Below are positions 38,386-44,917 of a stretch of 64,000 bases of DNA, in pieces. The stretch spans positions 73,670-137,669 of the forward strand of contig BJHK01000011.1 in NCBI GenBank assembly GCA_014192425.1, in the 5' to 3' direction. The position numbers and the translations under genes were made by a program. This DNA is from Planctomycetia bacterium (GTDB lineage: Bacteria; Planctomycetota; Planctomycetia; Pirellulales; UBA1268). Below the pieces are notes generated by a model. The model worked only from the letters and a program-made list of their open reading frames with translations. It ran no database searches and was not told the origin of the DNA. Positions within the stretch are counted from its first letter, which is position 1; the number at the start of each line of letters is the position of its first letter.

Positions 38386-38615
38386 CCACGTCGGCCCAGG
38401 CTCGATTTGCGGTGTGCGTGACGAACGAGGGATACGAAACGTCGCTGCAACGCAACAAGATTTACGCCGTGATCGACGATGCGGACGCCGCCGCTGACGG
38501 CGATCTTCGCATCGTTGACGAGACCGGGGAGGACTACCTCTATCCCCGTGCGTGGTTCATTTCGATCGACGTGCCAGAGACGGTGAGGCAATCGGTTCTG
38601 CGGGCCACGGGATGA
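38382..38615 (+). CDS. Small acidic protein of unknown function (DETGEDYLYP motif)
   Basis: 77 aa: FAVCVTNEGYETSLQRNKIYAVIDDADAAADGDLRIVDETGEDYLYPRAWFISIDVPETV. It is the partner of the preceding ORF. Its stop codon directly abuts the stop of the convergent SDR gene (38613-38615 / 38616-38618). Confidence 0.5.
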   Translation: MTTSAQARFAVCVTNEGYETSLQRNKIYAVIDDADAAADGDLRIVDETGEDYLYPRAWFISIDVPETVRQSVLRATG

Positions 38616-39383
38616 TCAGCCGCCGCCGTCGATCGTGAGCACCTGGCCGGTGATGAAGGCCGCGGCGGGGCTCGTCAGAAATTCGATCGCGCCGACGACA
38701 TCGGCGGGAGTGCCGAGCCGGCCCAGGGGCGTTCGCCGGGCGATCCGGCCGCGATTGTCGGCCGACAGCGTCGCCGACAGGTCGGTCTCCAGGAAGCCCG
38801 GGGCGACGGCGTTGACCCGGATGCCACGCGGGCCGAGTTCCCGGGCCAGGCTGCGGCCGAAGCCTTCGAGAGCGGCTTTCGTTGCAGCATAGACGGAGAG
38901 CCCGGCGGAGCCGCGCGTGGCGACGATCGAGGAGATGAGGGTGATGGAGGGGGTGGTCGAAAAAGGTGGCAGGCACCGGAGGTGCCTGCCACCTTTTTCG
39001 GGAGCGAGCATTTGCCGGACGCATTCCCGGACGAGAACGATCGAGGCCTTCACGTTCACGGCGAGCATCTGGTCGATCTCATCGTCACGCATCGTCGCCA
39101 GCACCCCCTCGTGGGCGACCGCGGCATTCGCGATACAGTGGTCGATACCGCCGAACCGCTCCGCCACCCGGCCCACGAAACCGATCACGGCCGCCGAGTC
39201 GCTGCCATCGAGGGTTTCGGCATGAAGCCTGTCGGGATGCGCCGCGGCGAGCGCGTCGAGGGCCGGCGAGCCGGTCCGGGAAAACGTCGCCAAGCGGTCG
39301 CCGCGGGCGAGCAGCCGCTCGACGATCGCCAGGCCAAGCCCACGCGAGCCACCCGAGACGAGGGAGGTCAGAGGGATTCCCAT
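38616..39383 (-). CDS. Short-chain dehydrogenase/reductase (FabG-like) carrying an in-frame palindromic insertion
   Basis: LVSGGSRGLGLAIV (cofactor loop), SVYAATKAALEGF (YxxxK) and VNAVAPGFLETD are present. Between RQML and ITLISS, where SDRs normally have about 6 residues, there are about 20 (APEKGGRHLRCLPPFSTTPS), encoded by the 38958-39000 palindrome. Confidence 0.75.
   Translation of the reverse strand: MGIPLTSLVSGGSRGLGLAIVERLLARGDRLATFSRTGSPALDALAAAHPDRLHAETLDGSDSAAVIGFVGRVAERFGGIDHCIANAAVAHEGVLATMRDDEIDQMLAVNVKASIVLVRECVRQMLAPEKGGRHLRCLPPFSTTPSITLISSIVATRGSAGLSVYAATKAALEGFGRSLARELGPRGIRVNAVAPGFLETDLSATLSADNRGRIARRTPLGRLGTPADVVGAIEFLTSPAAAFITGQVLTIDGGG
38958..39000. repeat. Perfect palindrome (20-bp stem, 3-nt loop, A5/T5 flanks) inside the SDR ORF; same family as 5207-5262
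   Basis: CGAAAAAGGTGGCAGGCACC gga GGTGCCTGCCACCTTTTTCG. All 20 pairs were verified by hand. Confidence 0.9.
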
Positions 39384-39586
39384 GCCTCGCGGGAGAGCCC
39401 CGCCTGTCTTAGGAGTCGGCGAAGCAGATCTCGGCCGATGTCACCCTGATGTGGATTCGGGATAACCAACGTCAGGTCGCCTTTCGTCATGAACGAATGC
39501 CTGCCCCCAGCGAACGGACCTTCAAAGCCTGCATTTCGCAGTGCCAGCACGAAATCGCGTCGCGAGATTGGGCCAAAGGCTGGCAT
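39368..39586 (-). CDS. hicA: HicA-family toxin (YcfA-like)
   Basis: 72 aa: ISRRDFVLALRNAGFEGPFAGGRHSFMTKGDLTLVIPNPHQGDIGRDLLRRLLRQAGLSREAW. This follows the HicA pattern (..L...GF.....GSHh.....g....vP.H...i....l..il...gl). Confidence 0.65.
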   Translation of the reverse strand: MPAFGPISRRDFVLALRNAGFEGPFAGGRHSFMTKGDLTLVIPNPHQGDIGRDLLRRLLRQAGLSREAWESL

Positions 39587-39835
39587 TCAAGAACCGGCTT
39601 CAGCCTTCACTGCCAACTCGATGCCATCAATGACCGGCAATGAAAGATGGCGATGAATGCGAAAAAACACCCAGTCCTCCAAGGCCGACAACAAGGCTGC
39701 CCGACAACTCTCCAACGTGTTTCCGGTGGCATGAACACCGGGACACAGGGGTATCTCCCCGTAAAAGTCCTTGTCCTCGGGAAGGATTTCGTAGGTCGCG
39801 TAGCGGGCAGCAGCGTTGAGATATTCCGAGAGCAT
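39587..39835 (-). CDS. hicB: HicB-family antitoxin (UPF0150)
   Basis: 82 aa: YATYEILPEDKDFYGEIPLCPGVHATGNTLESCRAALLSALEDWV, a typical HicB N-domain. It sits immediately upstream of hicA with no gap. AGGAGG lies about 6 nt before the ATG. Confidence 0.65.
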   Translation of the reverse strand: MLSEYLNAAARYATYEILPEDKDFYGEIPLCPGVHATGNTLESCRAALLSALEDWVFFRIHRHLSLPVIDGIELAVKAEAGS

Positions 39836-39936
39836 AAAAACCTCCTGTCTTGATCAGGTCCTGGCCGCGATCGCTGCCCGGCGGGGGAAGTGTGCACGCC
39901 GTTGATGGGCCGAGAAAATAATCAGGCCGCGGTGGA

Positions 39937-40155
39937 TCATGCGTACATCAATCGACCGCGTGGAGTCGGAATCGGCCGGCCAAGCGACTCGGCGGTTTCG
40001 ATCCACTCCCGAATCACGACCTCGACATTCTCCAGCGCCTCCCGGTAGGTCGCCCCGTCAGCTGCACAACCCGGCAGTTCTGGAACTTCGGCAATCACGG
40101 CGTGATCGAGTGCGCTCCAGTAGAGAATGATCTCGTAGCAATTACTGCCGCTCAT
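39937..40155 (-). CDS. Second HicB-family antitoxin-like protein
   Basis: MSGSNCYEIILYWSALDHAVIAEVPELPGCAADGATYREALENVEVVIREWIETAESLGRPIPTP has the HicB/UPF0150 signature (..v.eLPGC...G.T.eEAl.n..eai..wie). The start is placed at M4 of the track ORF (40155), giving an ATGA overlap with the upstream 40-codon ORF. Confidence 0.65.
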   Translation of the reverse strand: MSGSNCYEIILYWSALDHAVIAEVPELPGCAADGATYREALENVEVVIREWIETAESLGRPIPTPRGRLMYA

Positions 40156-40274
40156 TCGTCGCACTCCTCTCCGGTACTACCAGACGCAAGTCCGTACATG
40201 GTCAACACGAAACGAATGTCGGTGTCCGCGTCGCCTCGGAGGATGCGGCCGAGAAACTTTTCGCGACGAGTCAT
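40152..40274 (-). pseudogene. 40-codon ORF, possibly a truncated HicA-like toxin
   Basis: MTRREKFLGRILRGDADTDIRFVLTMYGLASGSTGEECDE. The first ~25 aa resemble the N-terminus of one HicA subtype (KLL.RIL.....DI.F.EL). The GSHH / beta-sheet part is missing. It has ATGA overlaps on both sides (AMP-ligase stop, HicB start). Very tentative. Confidence 0.3.
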
Positions 40275-41635
40275 GAGGCCTGCACCATTGGCCGGCGGGG
40301 GGTTTTGCCGGCGGCGGTGGTCGCGATCCGCTTCACGATGTCGAGGATCCGCGGCACCGCGTGTGGCTCGAGCGACCCTCGGCAAACGGCCAGCGCCGCC
40401 GTGCGGATGTTGTCGGGACCGGCCGAATCAGGGAGCGGGTCGGTGAGGACGATCTCCGCCGCCACGAGTTCCCCCGTGATCGCGCTCGGCATGCCATACA
40501 CGCGGGCCTCGGCGATTCCCGGCATGCGGCGGAGAATCTCCTCCACACGCTTCGGATAGACCTTCGCACCGCCCACCACGATCACGTCGCTGCGCCGGCC
40601 GGTGAACTCGTAGCGGTCGCCGCGCCGCTCCACGAGATCCCCCGTCGCCACCTCGGCCGTGTCGCGGGAAAGCTGCACGAGCAGTTCGCCGTCGCGGCGG
40701 GTCGCAATCCGCACGCCACCGGGAAGCGACTTGCCGAGCCAGACAGCTGGAAAACCGGGCAGGCCGTCCGCCACCCGAAACACCTCACCGAGTTCCGTCG
40801 TGGCGTAGACCTGCGTGATCTTCGCGGCAGGAAAGACCGCGCGGGCCTGCTCCAGGAGTGACCCGTCGGCCGCCTCGCCACCGAGCGTGATCCGGGCAGG
40901 GGCACAGGTCCCGAGCAGGGCCCGGTCGGCCGATGTGATCAGCCGACGCAGGAGCGTCGGCGTCGCGGGGAGCACCGCCACCCCCTCCACGGTCATCGCC
41001 CGGGCCACGATGTCTGGATCGCGGGAGGGCGGCACGACGAGCGTGCCGCCGGTGAGCAGAGCCTGCACCCAGACCTGGATGCCTGCCCAGCGGGTGGCGT
41101 CGTAGACGAGCAGCCAGCCGAGGCCGTGCCACTGCTCCGCCAGCCGGGCGGCCGCGAGAAGCGAGTCCCAGGAGTGCTGCACGAGTTTCGGCGGGCCGCT
41201 CGTGCCCGAGGTGGCCACGACGACGTGGGCCGGGACGGCGTCGAACTCCAGGCGACGGCCCGAGGTGGCAGCGGGCACGGCGAGCGTGTCGTCGATCTCG
41301 ATCCAATCGCGGAGCTCGCCGACGAGATCGCGGGAGTCATCCGCCAGCAGCGCCACCGGCACGTGCTGCCGACCGCAGGCGGCGGCGATGGCAACGAGCG
41401 CCTCGGGCGTGGTCGCCCGGGCCACGACCCCCACCGGCCGCACCGCGTCGAGACGCGCTTCGATTGCGACGATGGACGCGGCGAGCGCGGCATACGAGAC
41501 CTGGCGGCGCCGGTCGCCGCCGGCCGCGACCACGATCGCCGGACGGTCGGGGGCCTGGCGGGCGATCTCGGAAATGGCGAATGCGAGCCGGTCCTCGACC
41601 GGCGCGTCGGGGATGCTGGAAAGGTCACTGCTCAT
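40271..41635 (-). CDS. AMP-dependent synthetase/ligase (acyl-ACP/acyl-CoA ligase type)
   Basis: VVATSGTSGPPKLVQHSW is the AMP-binding core motif. YATTELGEV and GDLVERRGDRYEFTGRRSDVIVVGGAKVYPKRVEE are also present. Confidence 0.85.
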   Translation of the reverse strand: MSSDLSSIPDAPVEDRLAFAISEIARQAPDRPAIVVAAGGDRRRQVSYAALAASIVAIEARLDAVRPVGVVARATTPEALVAIAAACGRQHVPVALLADDSRDLVGELRDWIEIDDTLAVPAATSGRRLEFDAVPAHVVVATSGTSGPPKLVQHSWDSLLAAARLAEQWHGLGWLLVYDATRWAGIQVWVQALLTGGTLVVPPSRDPDIVARAMTVEGVAVLPATPTLLRRLITSADRALLGTCAPARITLGGEAADGSLLEQARAVFPAAKITQVYATTELGEVFRVADGLPGFPAVWLGKSLPGGVRIATRRDGELLVQLSRDTAEVATGDLVERRGDRYEFTGRRSDVIVVGGAKVYPKRVEEILRRMPGIAEARVYGMPSAITGELVAAEIVLTDPLPDSAGPDNIRTAALAVCRGSLEPHAVPRILDIVKRIATTAAGKTPRRPMVQAS

Positions 41636-41913
41636 GAATGGTCCAATGAGTCGTTCAGGGCCGAGGTGTAGATGGCGATCAGGTCAGAGACGGTGCGCAG
41701 CGGCGGGCGGGAGCCCGTCGTCGGGGCCGAGCGGAAGGGGTCGATGCCGAGCGACCGCTCGAGGAGGACGATCGTCTGCGCGAGGTCCAGCGAGTCGAGG
41801 CCGATGTCGGCCGCGAGGACCGAAGCGGGGGTGATCTCGCGGCCGTCGCGGCCGGTGTCCCGTAGCACGGAGCGGATCGTGGTCGTGACGGCGTCGGCTA
41901 TCGAGGGCGTCAT
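41632..41913 (-). CDS. Acyl carrier protein
   Basis: Start placed at MTPSIADAV (41913). The phosphopantetheine site is IGLDSLDLAQTIVLLE. ATGA overlaps on both sides. Confidence 0.8.
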   Translation of the reverse strand: MTPSIADAVTTTIRSVLRDTGRDGREITPASVLAADIGLDSLDLAQTIVLLERSLGIDPFRSAPTTGSRPPLRTVSDLIAIYTSALNDSLDHS

Positions 41914-42557
41914 GGCATGAACTCCGGCATTGTGGCCGAGCCCGGGGCAGCGATGCCCCGGCCGGTCAGGGCCTGACCAATCATTTGAAACACGGTGGCG
42001 ACCACGATCCACAGATCGGTCAAAAAACCGAGCGGCCGGCGGACCCGCTCGACGTATTCGGCGTCCATTTCCAGCCGTTCGGGCCAGTTGACCGAGTTGC
42101 GGCCGTTGATCTGCGCCCAGCCTGTCAGACCCGGCCGGACCTCGAGCCGGGTCGCCTGCCGGGGCGTGTATCGCGGCACGTACCGCAGCGGCAGCGGCCG
42201 CGGGCCCACCAGGCTCATATCGGCGCGGAGCACGTTCAAGAGTTGCGGCAACTCGTCGAGGCTCGTGCGGCGCAGAAACCGGCCGAAGCCGCCGAGCCGC
42301 TGGGCATCCGGCAGGAGGCAGCCGGCGGCGTCACGGGCGTCGGACATGGAGCGAAACTTGAGGACGCGGATCGGTCGGCCTCGCAAGCCTGCCCGGTCGT
42401 CGGCGAAGAGCACCGGCCGGCCGAGGACGACCCGCACGGCGACCGCGACGAGGAGCAGCACCGGGGCGAGCAGCACGAGCATCAGCAGGGCCGCGACGAC
42501 GTCACACACACGCTTCAGGCCGTCGGAGTAGAGTGACATGGAGCGAGGGACGACCAC
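41910..42557 (-). CDS. Monotopic phosphoglycosyl transferase (bacterial sugar transferase, PglC/WbaP-C-terminal type)
   Basis: Re-entrant helix is LKRVCDVVAALLMLVLLAPVLLLVAVAV. PIRVLKFRSM and DELPQLLNVLRADMSLVGPRPLP are also present. GTG start at 42557. Confidence 0.85.
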   Translation of the reverse strand: MVVPRSMSLYSDGLKRVCDVVAALLMLVLLAPVLLLVAVAVRVVLGRPVLFADDRAGLRGRPIRVLKFRSMSDARDAAGCLLPDAQRLGGFGRFLRRTSLDELPQLLNVLRADMSLVGPRPLPLRYVPRYTPRQATRLEVRPGLTGWAQINGRNSVNWPERLEMDAEYVERVRRPLGFLTDLWIVVATVFQMIGQALTGRGIAAPGSATMPEFMP

Positions 42558-43697
42558 CTACCGCGGTCGTGGCACCGGTATCGCGGGCTGTGCTGTAGGA
42601 GGTGCCCCGTCGATCTGCATCCGCGCCGCGAGCCGCTCCGTGCCCACGGTGAGCATGCCTGCCAGCCCGACGACGATCAGGGGCAGGGCCACGCGGATGC
42701 TCTCTCCAACGCGCGGGTTGATCATCCCCACGGCTACGAGCCCGCCACACGACGCGAGCAGCGCATAGATCAGGGCCGTGCGGCCATGATTCACCCCCGA
42801 GCGGATGAGGCGGTGAAAGAGGAACTCGCGATGCGGCTGAAGCGGGTTCTTGCCGTTCCAGATGCGGCGCAGCACCGAGACGAACGGATCATAAATGTAC
42901 GGCCAGAGGACGAGGATCGCGGGTAGAAACAGCGACTGCCGCTGCTCCGCAGGCAAGAGCAGGGGCAGGGCGGCGAACACCGCCCCCAGAAAACCGCTCC
43001 CCACGTCCCCCATGAAGATCCGGGCCGGGTTCCAGTTGAATACCAAAAACCCGGCCGCCGCGGCGGCCACGAACCCGGCGACGAGCGTCGTCGCAGTGGC
43101 CCCGGTCTGCCAGGCCAGGAAAGCGATGAACAAGCCCGCGACCGTCGCGGCAAGGCCGGCCATGCCGTCGGACCCGTCCATGAAATTGAACGCGTTGATC
43201 ATGCCCACCACCCAGAGCACCGTCACCGGCCAGGCGAACAGGCCGAGCTGGATCGGCTCCATGCCCGGCAGGCCGATGGCAGTGATCGGTCCGAACGCGG
43301 CCGTTATCGCCGCGCCGGCTCCGATCTGGATGAACAGCCGCAGCAGCGGCTGGAGAGGGCGGATGTCGTCGATGAATCCGACGACGGCGATCGCGAGGCA
43401 CGGCAGCAGCATGCCGAGAACGATCGGGCCGGCGAGGGTGGGATAGCGGACGGCGGTGGCGATCATCCCGAGGCCGACCGTGGCCACGATCGACAGGCCG
43501 CCCCCGCGGGCCGTCGGCAAGGCATGGGCGCTCCGCCGGTTTGGTAGATCGACGAGCCGCCAGCGGGTGCTGGCGAGCACGATCAGGTCGGCCACCACGG
43601 CCGCGACCACGAAGGCCAGCAGGCCGGCGCCCGACCAAAGGACGATTTCCAGCGAGTCGAGCGAGGGAAACAGCTGCGTCTGGTCGGGATTGCTCAT
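42558..43697 (-). CDS. Polyprenyl-phosphate N-acetylhexosamine-1-phosphate transferase (MraY/WecA/WbpL family)
   Basis: About 10-11 TM helices with INAFNFMDGSDGMAG and NWNPARIFMGDVGSGFLG. Confidence 0.85.
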   Translation of the reverse strand: MSNPDQTQLFPSLDSLEIVLWSGAGLLAFVVAAVVADLIVLASTRWRLVDLPNRRSAHALPTARGGGLSIVATVGLGMIATAVRYPTLAGPIVLGMLLPCLAIAVVGFIDDIRPLQPLLRLFIQIGAGAAITAAFGPITAIGLPGMEPIQLGLFAWPVTVLWVVGMINAFNFMDGSDGMAGLAATVAGLFIAFLAWQTGATATTLVAGFVAAAAAGFLVFNWNPARIFMGDVGSGFLGAVFAALPLLLPAEQRQSLFLPAILVLWPYIYDPFVSVLRRIWNGKNPLQPHREFLFHRLIRSGVNHGRTALIYALLASCGGLVAVGMINPRVGESIRVALPLIVVGLAGMLTVGTERLAARMQIDGAPPTAQPAIPVPRPR

Positions 43698-44917
43698 CTG
43701 CCGGCTACTGCATGGGATGCGACAGCGGCCCGGATCTCCCCGGCCACCTGCCGGGCGACATCTGGCGTGACATGCACGCCCAGCGGCAGCGCGAGCACTG
43801 TGTCAGCCAGCCGCTCCGTGATCGAGAGAGACCACTCCGGTCGCACGTAGCCGGCAAAGCTCTCCATGCGGTGACAACAGGGAGAGTAATAGGCTCGGGT
43901 CTCGATTCCCTTCGCCGCCAATGCGTCGTGCAGCGCCTGCCGATCCATGGGCCAGGCCGGATCGACCGCGATCGTGAAGTCTTTCCAGCTGCTGCGGCCC
44001 GTGGCCGGGATTGCCTGCAGCGTGATGCCCGGAAGGCCGGTCAGTTCCTGGCGATACGCCGCCACGGCAGCGGCCCGGCGGGCTGCGACCTCGTCGAGCC
44101 GGGCCAGCGAGGCCCGTGCCAGGTGCGCCGAGATCTCCGGCATCCGCCCATTCAGCCCCGGCAGGCTGCAGCCATAGTGGCCGTCGTTGCCATATTCGCG
44201 GCCCTTGCGGACGAGGTCGGCCAGACAGTCGCACGACGTGACGACCACGCCTCCCTCGCCGGCGACGACAAGCTTCGTGGGGGACAGACTGAAGACCTGC
44301 GCCAGGCCGCCGGCGCCGACCTGACGGCCACCGTCGAGTGTGCCCAGGCCATGGGCCGCATCCACCACCAGCGGCACGCCGGTTCGCGCCGAAATTGCCC
44401 GCAGCGCTGCCATGTCGCAAGGACAGCCGAACGTATGACAGGCGAGGATCGCGGCGGTGCGGTCGGTGATCGCCCGCTCCACCGCCGCGGGATCGACCGT
44501 GTAGGTCGCCGGATCGACCTCCACGAACACCGGCTCGAGCCCGGCCCAGACGATCGCCGCTGGCGCCGCCAGGAAGATGAAGCTCGGCACGATGACTTCG
44601 GCGCGGGTTCGGACCCGCGATGCCGGCGTCGCACACCCCTCGTGGCACATCTCCTGGCAGCCCCCGTGCCGCCGGTCCGCGACGGCGGCGAGCGAGCGGA
44701 GCACAAGCGCAAGGCCAACCGTGCAGCTCGACACCGCGATGGCGTGCCGACAGCCGGTGACCGACCGCATGTCCGCCTCGAACGCGTCGAGGACGGAGCC
44801 CTTCGTGAGCATGCCGCTGGCGACGATCCGTTCGATCCCCGGGCCCAGTTCGGCGAAATTCGGCAGATCGGGCCGGACCAGCGGCACGGTCCAGCGTCTG
44901 GGGGCGGCCGGCGTCAT
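43694..44917 (-). CDS. DegT/DnrJ/EryC1-family PLP-dependent sugar aminotransferase
   Basis: Start placed at MTPAAPRRWTVPLVRPDLP (44917), with ATGA overlap to the upstream gene. VIVPSFIFLAAPAAIVWAGLEPVFVEVD is present. FSLSPTKLVVAGEGGVV carries the PLP lysine. Confidence 0.85.
   Translation of the reverse strand: MTPAAPRRWTVPLVRPDLPNFAELGPGIERIVASGMLTKGSVLDAFEADMRSVTGCRHAIAVSSCTVGLALVLRSLAAVADRRHGGCQEMCHEGCATPASRVRTRAEVIVPSFIFLAAPAAIVWAGLEPVFVEVDPATYTVDPAAVERAITDRTAAILACHTFGCPCDMAALRAISARTGVPLVVDAAHGLGTLDGGRQVGAGGLAQVFSLSPTKLVVAGEGGVVVTSCDCLADLVRKGREYGNDGHYGCSLPGLNGRMPEISAHLARASLARLDEVAARRAAAVAAYRQELTGLPGITLQAIPATGRSSWKDFTIAVDPAWPMDRQALHDALAAKGIETRAYYSPCCHRMESFAGYVRPEWSLSITERLADTVLALPLGVHVTPDVARQVAGEIRAAVASHAVAGR

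Noticed and set aside
38112-38591. 159-aa minus-strand ORF that would continue the operon through the region of the small plus-strand pair
   Set aside because: It has no motifs and an Arg/His-rich composition. The two plus-strand ORFs have coherent, motif-bearing sequences and an ATGA junction.
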